From Amphiscolops sp. MND2022 (taxonomy: Eukaryota): a DNA stretch of 64,000 bases. The stretch spans positions 14,262,001 to 14,326,000 of the forward strand of contig OZ076409.1 in the NCBI GenBank assembly GCA_964187785.1. The letters are read 5' to 3'. The position numbers and the translations under genes were made by a program. Under the pieces are notes generated by a model. That model was not told the DNA's origin, ran no database searches, and saw nothing but the letters and a program-made list of their open reading frames with translations. Shown one piece after another: positions 12,213 through 24,800 of this stretch. Within the stretch, counting starts at the first letter, position 1. Each line of letters opens with the position of its first letter.

Positions 12213-15200
12213 CTCGGTATCAGACAATTGGCATGGCAATTTCGACCCTTGAAGGCAATGGAGTTGGTTTGTTGCAAGGTTACAAAGTGGTCAATGATTT
12301 CATCAAAGAACTGGATGCTGAAGATACCGTGAAACTGTATATTGAGCGAAGGCTAGCATCTATGACAGACATGAATCGGATTATAGCTGGGGAGTCAACT
12401 GTCTCTCCGGTACGAGTAGCCAAATTGCAAAATAATGTTGATAAATACATTTGAGCTTTTTTCAACACTAATTAAAACTTTTATGGCTGCTGTTCAGCAA
12501 AACTAGGAGATTTTAAAGGCATAAAATAGGGAATATTCTGAAAAAGAAAGTCATAATTTCTGGGAATATTTTTGCCAAAATAAAGGAATATTTGTGGTTG
12601 CTTTAATCATTAGCCGCCCTCATGGCTGGAAAGAGAAGTGATCAACTTTATAGTAATCCTTATAACATCTGTTAGTTCGCACATAAAAGAGCCTGTAAAG
12701 AGACTACTATAGCCTGCATTTTCAATGAATGCGCCTACAAAAATTGCGTTTTTCGTCAAACTTGATGGTCCGTATTTGAGAAAGTGGTATACTATAGTCA
12801 TAAAATTGATGGTCTTTCAATTTTGCTTTACCTTTGTTATGGTACATGAAGTTATAGCTCTTGTGAGTAATGATTGACGTCACAAAAAAGCTGCTTGGTT
12901 TACGATTCTTTTGTACCTCGACGTGACGTCACTGGCTTTGATGACTGGCATGTCAGTCATAAAAATTAGACTGGCTGGACTCTGATGAAAAGAAATTTTG
13001 TTTCAATCATGCGACCGTATGCACATGCTTCTACATGCTGCTTGTTCCAAGCTTTTTTGGCGTTGAATTGCATGCAGTTAGCCGTCTGGAAAACCTCCTA
13101 GAACTTTCCTGTATCTCTCAGAAACCTGTTTTTGAATAACGGAAATGTAGGTAATACACAATGCTCTGAGTATCATGTTTCTGTATAAGCCGGAATATTC
13201 TTCGCATATGACCACTGAGCTTTTTACTCGGGGCTAAACTTGTCTGTAGTTTCTCACGATTTTGCCATTATCGAAAATGAAAATGTTTCCACAGGATTAA
13301 ACCATAATGGAACTATTTTGTGGCTTATTTATCCTCGGAAAAATCTGATTTTTTTTTCAAATAGCGCCAAAGTTTAAAACTTTGTGCAATTTCCGAACTA
13401 TTTTTTAGAACTTTTCCTTTGGCCTAATTTTTTCTTTTATCTTTTTAAACTTTTTCGTTTTCTTTTTGGAGTCGAATTTCTTCTGTAATGTTTTTGGAAA
13501 CACTTTCTGCCGAGGTTGGTTAGAGAACGTTTAAGACTTTTTGTATGCTAATTTATGTATAATATTAATCCAGTATTTGCTTTGGTAAGAAGCCAATCTA
13601 GGCGTTTTTTGTTATCTGTGTGAAACTCTTTTCACCTTTTCGGTTAAAAGTGCTAACCGGGTAATCAGTGCTATCACAAATTGACTGTTTTCCGCCTCCG
13701 TTGACGTGACGCGAGTTCTTTCCTGTTCGTCAAACAGCTAGCTTATCAACTGAATTAGTCAAGTAGGTTGCCCAAATGGATTCATTGCGTCACCAAGTTA
13801 AGAATGGTATGAGCAGTAACCGTATTTGACATTAGGAACATTTATTGCAAAGGTTCCTTGCTTTTCCTTTGTGTATTTGCGTATTTTTCTACAAAAAAGG
13901 CTTTCACCGTGAAGCACTTTGACATCTTTTTCAGTCGTTTCTCCGTCATGCAATTACCGTTCTGAGCGTCTTCGCCCCTGCTTTGTGGAAAAGAACGACG
14001 CGTCTTTGTGGATCAGATTGTAAAGACTTGCGGCGGGCGAAGTTATTCAACCAGAAACAGCAGTAGTTGGTTGATAAAGACGCTGTGCCTCCATTTTTTC
14101 ACTTATTAGAAATGGTTGTTTTGTATATACATCAAAAAAGGCAGCGTGTATTTATAGTATTTGTTTTACAAAACATTTCACTGTTCTCTGTATTATTCTT
14201 CGTTGCTGTTTTGTTTTCCACTTGGAATGCGGCGACAGTGATTTAGACAGAGGCGCAGGAATGAACTAGTTCTAGTTCGCCTGATTGCGCAATACTTCAA
14301 AGCCCTTTGACTTAATGCCTGGAATTAAGAGTTGCAATATCGTGTTGGGAAACAAAAGAGCAAGTAGTATTTCGTGATGGAGCATTCCATTCCAGTGAAT
14401 TCCCTTCCGGACTCATGTCGTGACTGCGACGGCATCCAAAGGGGAGTAGAAAAGGGAAAGTGACTCTTTAGCTCAGCTCAGTTTGCCACGCTTGCTTGTT
14501 TTTGTTAGAAGTGGTAACCCCTTCGTTTTTCATACCACCAGTGCTCTATTAGTACAGCACAGGACAGTTGTCGTCGCTAAATACTCCTTCGACTGCTGGT
14601 AGTGTATAGTGGCGGGTGAAAATAAAGCTGGTAGTGTCTGTTAAGAAGAGTTTCGTGAAATTTTATGTACTGCCTGCGCCGCACTGTTGTAATTGAGTGT
14701 GACTTCTTCGTCGGTTCATTCACATATACTACCTACCCTTAGCCCACTACTCTGCGTTACTTGGCTATGTCCAGTCAGCCGCCCACCGTTTGCTTGTGTG
14801 GCTTCTCCAGAGGTTGAGAACGGAGGTAGATCTAGATAGATCGACGGAATGGAACTAGAGAGTAGAAGAAGTAGGATAAAGAAAGCACTGGTGATTGATT
14901 ACTAGACCACTGCTATTTCTACAACAACTGTCCCTTCCTCCATTGTAACCAGAAGTGCCACCACAACTATCACTCGACCCACATTCTCGTTATTCTGTTT
15001 CCGCTGTCGCCTCTCTGTAACACGCGCCATAATTTCGATCCTCAATAGTCTCCTCAACTACCGTACTACTATTTCAACTTCTCTTGTCCCGTCCTATGTC
15101 GATGGCCGAATATACCTCCCACGCAGCCAGCAGTGGCACCGAAAAAATATATAGGTATAGTTATAAGACAGCGGCAGCGTCCTGTGCTTAATTCGACGCC

Positions 15201-18200
15201 GACCACCACTGCTGAGTGAAGAGGAACAAGAAGAGACCCTCATTGCAGGTGTTTTGCACCTTTCCCGCCAATTCCGCTTTCCCACCTTGACAAACCCCTC
15301 CTCTTTCTCCTCGCCTGCTGCGCTAGTCGCTTCCCTTTCCTTTCTCTCTCGCTGCTCATGCGATGTCCGTGCCAACTGCTTTCCTTGACATTGGAATCAG
15401 TCAATTGTCACAATCAGTAGATTCAGTTTAGTCCCTGATGAAGTAAATACACACCGTTCTTTCCATATCCTTCCATGTCCGACGTCTGTCGTATATTACT
15501 ACTGCTACTATGTGAGTGCATTGTTCGTATGTTAAAGGTACGGTCCGGTGACTAGCAATCTGATATTTTTATATTTCTTCCATTATTTTCATTCCTCCGT
15601 AGACAAAACAGCTGTAGATCAATACAAATGTAACGCTACTACATTGTACTCTCTGCTATGTCGTTACGTTCACTTGTGATTGTTGTACCTTACCGAAACA
15701 TGCTTTGAAACCAACTTATCTACCGTTTTCACAGAAGACTCCATTGTTTCTCTCATATTGCTGCTGGTACTCAAGCCAACGGTACCATGTAAATTATGCA
15801 TTCGCCACTATGTTCAAACACGCCATGTTTTCTTTCGCCGCAGTGCACGCTACCACCACATTTGATAAGTTTAGTGTCAAATTGCATTTGCGCGCCGGTC
15901 TCCGTGTCCATCGCAGTGGATTGTGGAAGTTGTAGTTGTGCAACAGAAACAAGTGAATAAAATAAATATACTTTGTATCAAATTGCTTCAATATTGTTTG
16001 GATCATTTGGACGGAACGGCAACAATTTTGGTTCCATCGCCGATTGTTCTCGATGGCTCTCCTCAGTTTTGAGCTCCACGCAGTTTAGCAATGGTGCCAT
16101 CCATCAATCTCCTTCTATTGTCCTCAAGTCTACTTTCCTCACAATTGTCTCTGGCTTGTCTTGTCCTTAGATACAACAAATACATACACGTCTTCCTCTT
16201 TAGCTCTCACTCCTCTGCTAAACCTAAAACCTTAGTGATTTCCGCTAGCTAATAATAGATCAAACGCTGAATTTTGATGGTGCCTGGATCTTACATCCAA
16301 AAACTGAAACTTCGGCCTCGAATCTTTTCATTTCTTGATAGTTGCGACTCCAAATCATCCGCAAATCGCCATGGTTGTGTTTTTAAAGCAGTCTACAACC
16401 GTCACGTGTTTATGAGAGTGGCGGCGTGATTTAGAAATGCCACATCTGAAGCACCTTCGTCACCTTTCGGTGGGCGAGTGTGCTGCTCAGAATGCCGCTG
16501 CAGTCAGAAGCCGAAACGTGTCTGCCGGCAGTGGTTAGTGATCATTAATTATAATTTCATTACATAACTCGTAAGATTATGTATTTTTTACATAAATCGT
16601 AACCATACAGTGGTGGATTCAATTTTAATCATTGGTTTCGAATGACGTCTAGGCCAGTGAATGTTGTCAAACAGTTGCAAGAATGTTGGGAGCTGCAATT
16701 TGAAAAGTTCAATCGTCCGAATCAAATGACTAGTTGAATTTGAAGCATTTTTTGCATCAAACGTAACATGTGATTTGTTCTCTGATGAATGTCTTGCTTA
16801 TAAATCAAATAATTGATGTTGTTCACATCATTAACCATGACGATACACTCAATTCGATCGTTGACTGAATGAGAAACCAATTAAATATTAATTTTTTTCG
16901 TTAGAATCAACAAAGTAGTCTTAGTTCGAAAGTACATGTTGATTTTAAAACTAATATCGCATGTATTGAATTTTCTGGTTTAAATTGTTCAAGTTAAGTT
17001 ACCAGATGAAATACCAATGTTGCTATGGTAGATTTCTACTGTGAAATACAAGCATGCATGTATTCTCGCAAACAGTTCATGGAAATTAAATAAATCAAGG
17101 TATTGTATCAAATATATGTATTTATAGAGTAAACTGTAAAACAAGATGTCCATGGAATTATTAATATATGCTATCGTTTACGGAGATTAGGTTTTGTTTT
17201 TGGTAGTATGAATTCTACCATATATGGAAATAAACGAAGTACATGAAATTTACAGCCCTTCTGTGCTACTACATGTATTTGCAGCCCATAAAGGCCAATA
17301 TTTTCGATGGAATGATTTCAGTTTTGCTTTTGAGAAAGCTAATTCAGTTTTTATCACTCAAGTTGGTGACCATAATTTGGTTGTAATTTGTTACGAGTAT
17401 AGTTTTGTGCCCTTTATATAATACGTTCGATTAGGCAAGTGAGAACGATATTAGCTTTTGACAGAATCGCAAGAGTTTGTTAAGTTCAAATTTGTGTTGT
17501 CAAACGTCTGTTTTGTATACAGTAACCAACTTACCGCTTCGTTTGCTGGTCAAGATTGTTGTTCAAACGGCAGAGTTGGTCCAAAGAGACACATTGACTG
17601 GCTCTTATTCTGGACGTGTCTATCTGGATTTGAAACCGCTGATTGGGTATTTTCTAAATTGGAAAACTGAGCGTCGTTGTATGAAAGTTACAACTGGCAA
17701 ACCAAACGAAGCGACGAGGATTTGCGTTGCATGTAGATTTAGTCCTCTAATCCGCCGAACCGGTCGAGTGAACTAGAATCCTCTTTATCAGTGAGGGCCG
17801 TCTGTTGTGTATGTTCCACTGTATTACTGTATTTTCGACCACATACATTAATTTGCTTGCTTTTCCTGATAATTCTCATGAGCAAATCTATTCTATCACG
17901 TTTCCGTCCGTTGTAGTTGGATCACGTTTCATTTCACGTCTTGTCATTCTAGTTCTGTTCTCGATTATGATAGATATTCAGCAAACCAACATGTTTTGAA
18001 CTTTGCTTGTGAGAAAGAAAATCAATTTAGCTCTTGAGTTCGTAATAAAGTCATTAATTGAGCAAAGCTCATTTGCTTTCGACTCCGATGGTCTCACAGG
18101 TTAATTTTATTACCAGCATTTTATTTCATTAGAACAGTACAATGTTGGAGAAACCAAGCACCCTGAATGTTTTGACCATCCCGGATCCACAAAATGGTAA

Positions 18201-19005
18201 GAATTCACTCATTCTCACACCGAATGTCAAGTTCACGTTGAATTAAGTAACCAATTCATGATATCAGCTCCAATCGGCGTTTAAAGTTGTCCATTCTATT
18301 GTAAAATCGACTGAACAAAAATTTTTGATCTATATCCTGACCGTATCAGTTATGATGGATTTTCATGTTTTCAACTTTGATGTTCACTCTCATTTCAAAT
18401 TTTTAGATTTTTTGTTTCAGAGTGTTTCAATTTTGAAAAATATAACATTGTTTTGTGTTGATTCGGTTCACATGAACGGATATCTACTCAGCGTAAGATG
18501 GAATATACGGCTTCATCCGATGTAAAGGCAACGTAGCTGTTTAAAAAGACAATATTGCTACAATGTGAAAACTTTGAACTTGTATTTCAATTTGAGCCGA
18601 TTTTCCCACGTTTCAACTGGAGTTTTTGATGAAATATGCAGTCGAAATTACCTTGTGGTGATTACACATTCATATTACCTTGATGGTTTGAGAAAAACTT
18701 CGGAATTTAAAATCCCCTTGATAAAAATTTAGATAGAAATCTGTTGAATTAGGAAATTGTGATTAGCTAAGTTTACATACCGATAGTGCCCTAAATGCAG
18801 AAGCTAAAAGGAGAGACGTGCCACTACTGGTCCAGCGGCCGGATTTGACGAAGGCCGACCTGGATGGGCGCAAAGCTCCCGGAAGGAAGAGGCCCAGTCA
18901 TACAATCAATAATTTGATTTCATTTTCCTCTAGAAGACTTTAATTTGCTAGGGGTTAACATGAGTGATTTTGACATGTAACCGAATTTGATACCGTTCGT
19001 GGATA

Positions 19006-19251
19006 CCCTGGTTGAAAAAAATGCATTCCTTACAAGGACCTTGCAAGATTTTCTTGCAAGGTCTTGCAAGTTAATGCTTTTCTCTGCAAGACATCTTGCA
19101 AGTATCTTGCAAGGAGGAAAATTTCCTTGCAAGATTCTTTCAAGGAGAAACGTTTCCTTGCAAGATTCTTTCAAGATTTTCCAAGAAAAGCGTTTTTTTT
19201 GCAAGGATCTTTCAAGATCCTTGCAAGGAATGCATTTTTTGTCAACCAGGG
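19006..19251. mobile_element. 246-bp palindromic MITE with CCC...GGG ends, flanked by TA
   Basis: TIR ccctggttga(a/c)aaaaaatgcattcctt. TA on both sides. Interior built from cttgcaag subrepeats. Confidence 0.85.
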
Positions 19252-19422
19252 TAGTTCAAGAAATGTGCATGAAACTGGTTTTTCTTTGATGTAACATATT
19301 CGCGAGTTGCTTTCATTTACTGACCCTAATCTTTTAAAGTCACGATTGTGAGACCTCAGGAGCCTTTCATCTGTTAGAGACAATTTTCCATCTGATCGAA
19401 AAGTTTTTTTCTTTTCAAACTA

Positions 19423-20905
19423 CAGTGCACTCTCGTTATACCGCCACTCTTGGTACATGACGAAAAAGTGGCGGTAAGCAAATTTGGCGGTATAACGAAA
19501 AAGATCAATTTGAACTTTTATTTCAAATTTTATAAATTGAAAAAGTCCAATATGGTAGCTTGTCTTTGAGACACTTGGGCATTTTTTTTGATGACATCTC
19601 TCAAAGAGTTAAGTTGGTCAATGCTAGTGCCAGTGCTCTCTGTACTGTGTTCCATGTAAACTTGTAACAGTTCGATAGCCTCCAAAGCTTGTTTTCTAGT
19701 TGGAATGTTCGGTTCTTCGATAGACTCAATTGTGTCGTCTAGAATATCAACCAATTCTTCATTTGATGTGCGCTCGATGTGAGACTCGCATGTGAAAACG
19801 CCTTCGTCAAATGCTGCAAACTGTTCGAATGTTGAAGTTGTGGGTTCATCGAGTGCTGCGAGTACGCGGTTGTAAAGATTCTCTGTTTGCTCTGTATTTT
19901 CATTAGCGGTTTGCAAGATTTCTGGTTCCGCTTCCCGCACTTCTCTGTTCATCCAGCCTTTCTTGTTGTAATAATAATCGCAGTAGAGGTCTTTCCTAAA
20001 GTTTCTGAAGCATCGTGGATTCTCTGCGGTTCCGATGATCAGAGGATTCAATTTGTCGCTACCAGTTGCGTTGCATGTGAACATGATTGTCACTCGGTCT
20101 TCATTTTTTTTCACACCTTTATTATCGTTCTGCGAGCTTAAAGACTTGTCAGGTAGCATCTTAAAATTCAAGGCAGTTTCATCGCAGTCATACACATCAT
20201 CAGGTTCATATTCACGAATCTTTCGGACCGCAGCTTCTCTACCAAGTGTAACAGCTTCATTGTCAGCACCTGCAGATTCACCGAAAAGTTTTTTGCTCGA
20301 TATTCCGAATCTTTGTTTGAAACGCGTGAACCATCCCACTGAGAACTTAATCTCACCAATCTGTCGGCCTTTGGATAATTACACTGCTTTCTCGATAACT
20401 ACGGCGTCATTGAGAGGTATGTTTTGTGACCTCACATGGAGAAACCAACTGTAGAGCTCCTCTTCAAGTTCTTCCAGAGCGGCTGGGCGTTTCTTTTTGA
20501 GACTGCTCAATGCATTAGAAATGTCAACCGCAAGCCAATTTTCTTTTCCTGCCCAAATGTCTCCGATCACTCGGCGAGAAACACTTATGTTCCATTTCTG
20601 AGAGAAGATATCTGCTACGCTTTGTTGCGTCCATTTGATTTGATTTTGAATGTACAAGCAGATTTCCTTCTTTTGCTTTGGTGATAGTGCTGTGCGTTTG
20701 TTTGATGACGAAATTTGATCTGGAATGCATGCAAATTGGCGCTATAGCGCACTCATAAGCTTTAAACGTGCAAAGAGTTTGATTGGCGGATGGCGGTAAA
20801 TGAGTTTTGGCGTTATTGACTAATAAAAACACTCCGTCCGCGCACTATTTGGCGGTATAACGAGTGTGGCGGTATAATGAGTGGCGGTATAACGAGAGTA
20901 TACTG
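19423..20905 (-). mobile_element. pogo/Tigger DNA transposon, internally deleted
   Basis: 26-bp TIRs cagt(gc/at)actctcgttataccgccact, TA TSD, repeated ggcggtataacgag subterminal motifs. Confidence 0.95.
19530..20725 (-). pseudogene. Tigger/CENP-B-like transposase pseudogene
   Basis: HTH regions (LEEELYSWF, GWFTRFKQRFGI), first catalytic motif YDCDETAL, DRVTIMFTCNATGSDKL and KGWMN. In-frame TAA at 20379-20381. The DDE core after GWMN is deleted. Confidence 0.92.
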
Positions 20906-21634
20906 TACTAGAGTTCTTTGTCATTTTTCTCTCTAACCAAGTTGGAATAAACCGAAAATCGTATCTTGGAAATAGATACACCCAAGAAAATCCGAATTAC
21001 TCGTTTTCCAAAGAAGAGTTTTTTACTCTGCCTTTTCCAAAGAAAAGTACAAGACTGTAACTGGCAAGTTTGTTTCTCTAAATGTAACTAAATGGTCCAT
21101 TTTTCATAAATGTCCACCTATTTAAAAAAAGTGAGTTTGGATTTTGGTAACAACCTGGATTTTTTGGAACTTCAAGACAAAATAGTTTGATTCCAAAATG
21201 AGGCAAGATTAATACCTTAGAATATGTGATGTAACGATGCACCCCTGGCTTGTTTCTTTCCAATGGCCTCTTTGTGCTGAAAAATGTGACAGCACAATTT
21301 TATCTACTGATAACTGAATTGGTGAAATTATCTATGACATGAGAAATTTTCTTTGCAAACGTCTTTCTGGGAGGATCCATTGAACAACCTCAATTCGTTT
21401 TAAGACCCTAATTTACATACAAAGCAGCTGAACGTCTGGAGAATTATTGCCCCGTAGCTTAATGATTCCTCTGAGCATTGTAAATAGTCAATACATCAAT
21501 TCCTATTGCAATTGTCTGCTTGAGCAAGACTGATAATCGCACCCTAATTTCTCTACCAATTGATGACCATTTTGAGTTTTTAACCAAAAGGAGAAGACCT
21601 CTCCTTCCCTCCGAAAGATCCCATTTTGTTGCTA

Positions 21635-21805
21635 CAGTCAACTCCGGTTAATTCGTATCCGGATAATTCGGATTTTCGTTCAATTCGTATGTATCTGACC
21701 TCATTTCGCGACGTTCAAAGTAATACCATCGGGTTAATTCATATTTCTCTTTGTTCGTACTATTTTATTCAGTCCCTCGCGATACGAATTAGGCGGATTC
21801 AACTG
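21635..21805. mobile_element. 171-bp Tigger/pogo-type MITE
   Basis: Imperfect 25-bp TIRs cagtcaactccggttaattcgtatc / gatacgaattaggcggattcaactg, with TA TSD. Confidence 0.8.
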
Positions 21806-24800
21806 TATTTTTATCACTGGCCCAGTTGTACTTTGAAAGCAGGCGTTTGAAAAATCGGAATGTTTTTCAACCAAATCGACTCCTCATTTTGCTGCTTGGA
21901 GTGGAAGTTATGTAACAAGTCGTCATTTTTATAACAAATTCTATCTAAACTTTCTCTTTATTATAATTCTCTTTAAAAAAAGAAACGGACTCTTTTTCAA
22001 AAAAGCGCCGACTGAAAACGGCTCATGTTCTGTCCCGCAAATTTTGCATGTGCCCATGTTCAAAAGTGTGTTATTCAGGTGTAAATACTCTGCAAGTTAC
22101 ATGACCTCCTTACCGTGTATATGAGAACTCCATTTGTTCAAAATTGATAAACACTGCTAGGCCAAAAGGGAAAATTGTATCATAGGTATTCAGTTTTTGA
22201 CTGAATTTTTGAAAGAAAATAGCAATTTTCGTTTTCCTAATGTATCACTTTCTGCGGTTAGTCTGATCAAGCATTGGTGGTTTGTTTTTCATATTTTTCG
22301 TCTGAATGCAAAAAAGACACCGAATTAGCAAGTCGAATAAGCCTTATGCGTGAACGGTATTATTTTTCTGAATTTCTTCAGTATTTTCACTGCTCGAACT
22401 TTTTGAGGTTGTTTCCAAAATCCAAAAGAGGGAAAAAAGGCATTAGTAGTCCAGGGCTTAAAAAATGGCAGCAAACTCGAATAAGGGACTTATTAAATAC
22501 ATGTAACTTGTTAAATATTAAAAAGATCCGAACGGTGTATTGCTTCAAATTCTGTTCCGAGAATTTCTTATAGTACGCTAACTGTACAAGGCAATTCTCA
22601 ATTGATATTTTATAGAAAGCATAGTAAAACGGCCGTTTTTTTGCGGCTTTGCGCATCTCCGTTTTATGTGTCTTAAAATTTTGAATTTTGGAACAAAAAC
22701 TTCAACGGTTCCGGAGTGTCTATTTATTGAAAAATTATTCAATCTTTCTTTTCACTGGAAAACTGACCAGACCTGATTAGGAACCTTTTATTACAAGTTT
22801 GTCGTTTACTTTGTCAGTGGAGTCCTAGATCCATTCATTGACTACTGGGGTCAGAGTATAGCACATGTTTCGCAAAAATGCCTACCGGTAATGGTCATCA
22901 CCAACGTAGACGGGATCTACTTTGGCTAAAGTATTTCAATAACTCTCTTCCCTTGGGACCGTGTGGTCGATTTTGTGTCATCAAGTTGCAAATTGGAAGT
23001 TGTTGCAGACTATTTCGCGTTCTAGTGGTCTCCTCTGATTGGATGCCTCGTGATGAATTGGGGCAATTTTGGAGGCATCATCTGTAGATTGGAGGCAATT
23101 TGAATACCATGTTTTATTACCCATATTATTATATCTCTAAGAGCAACCTGTGCCCCGCTATTCGCTATTTTTAGGGAGCAATGACACTGAGTTTTCACAC
23201 AGTATCTCAATCCGTCCCTAGGAAATATAATAACTCTCACTTATTCGCAACATCAAATGAAGTTTTTGTGTGGTATTGCACGGACGGTCGTTGAATAGTT
23301 TGGACATTGTTTAAATGTTTATCTAATGTAGCTTTGAATGGTGACGATAAAAACTGATTACTTTTGGTCTTTTAAATGCTTTTATATAGCAAGGTATTGA
23401 TATCGAGATCATTCGCGATTGTTTGAGCTCATCTTTTTTGAGTTAGTCGAGGCCTTGCTCAAACTAGATTGCGATTGCTGTCACAATTCTACACTGACGT
23501 TATTGATATTGTACCGAGTTAAGAACCACCCGCGTTGAATACGTATTCATACATCACTGCTTGGTTGTACCTACAAATCTACGCCAATACCTACTTTTTC
23601 TTCTGGGTTTGGGGGCAAAATGTCACTGATTATCAATTAAACCGCGTCAAGTTTCCCTCAAGTGTGCATTTTGCTCGTCTTAATTGATTCACCTTGCACG
23701 CTAGCTACACTTTTCTGCTTTTCGACTGTTTCCCATTACGGCTGTTGAAAGTTCCACGTTTTGTTGCTTCCTGACAATACAACCTGTGCGTTTCTGTTAA
23801 TAAACACCATCCCCTCAATTTTTGTGATGCCACAAACAGTCTACAGTAGCCTCAGTTTTTGATGAGGCTTTTTTTAGAAACGTCTCCCTTTTATAGACCT
23901 GCCTATTCTTCTGGCGACTGTGTGTATTCTGTTTCTACCGACTTCCGCTTTTACCTGTCTTTATCTCCTGAAATCGTCTGATTCTTCCTATTTTTGGGTA
24001 TTTAGTGTGAAAGAATGCTCTTTCATTTTGTTTCATCCACCACTGCTACTCTGTTTCACGTTTTGTTAATCGCTTTTCCTTCACCTTTTCGCAATTCGAA
24101 TTTCAGCCGCCAAATTGACGCTTACAACCGACATCACCTTCATCCGTAAATACTTTCTAAATTTAAGCGTCTTCTGTCAACTGCATCAAACCCAGGTAAG
24201 CTATTTTTATTTTCCGCCCATATTTCATATGGGAAAGGAAAATATTTAAACAAACGGGTTTTTTAAACAAAATTTGCCAAGCACCAAATTAATATTTATC
24301 TAAGGGTGTTACCCATAGAATTCAACTCACATAAATGTAGCTTCGTGCGATATGTATTTGTGGAGATTTCTGGACGTTTTTGGTTGACCCCAAGGACCCA
24401 AAACTGACCCCAAAATTGAGAAAATTTATAAGATTTTCATTTTTTACGTTTTAAAGCAGTTTTTGTCAACTTTCCGATAGATATCGTGGATTATAATGTT
24501 GAAAACGTTCAACAAGGCACGAACTTGTTGTCCAATAGTCTTCTATGAAGAGATTATTGCCGTTTTCCTGATGAAAAAGATCTCAAATTGACACCGATGA
24601 TCACAGAAAATCCAAACTTTTTCAATTTTCAAAGTTTTTAATGCATTTTTTGTTAGTGCAAGTTTCTTCAGACTTCGTGGATTGGAATGTTTACAAGGAT
24701 AAACAAAGAAAAGTGTTGGTTGTCCATTGTTCTTTCATGAAACGATAATTCCAGATTTTCAATTGAAAAATTTCTCAAATTGACATCGAAAATGACAAAA

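Larger units (their letters stand above)
11235..12605 (+). mobile_element. Internally deleted hAT transposon (outer element), interrupted by a second hAT
   Basis: TIRs tagagcaaccataaa / tttgtggttgcttta (13/15 match). 8-bp TSD atcattag at 11227-11234 and 12606-12613. Transposase-like remnant at 12233-12454. Confidence 0.85.

Noticed and set aside
12680..12960. Kolobok-like terminus with tgacgtca motifs
   Set aside because: No partner TIR or TTAA TSD found.
14000..16600. Promoter or first-exon-like CT-rich region and ORF 15094-15375
   Set aside because: Compositional hint only; the ORF is low-complexity with a non-ATG start.
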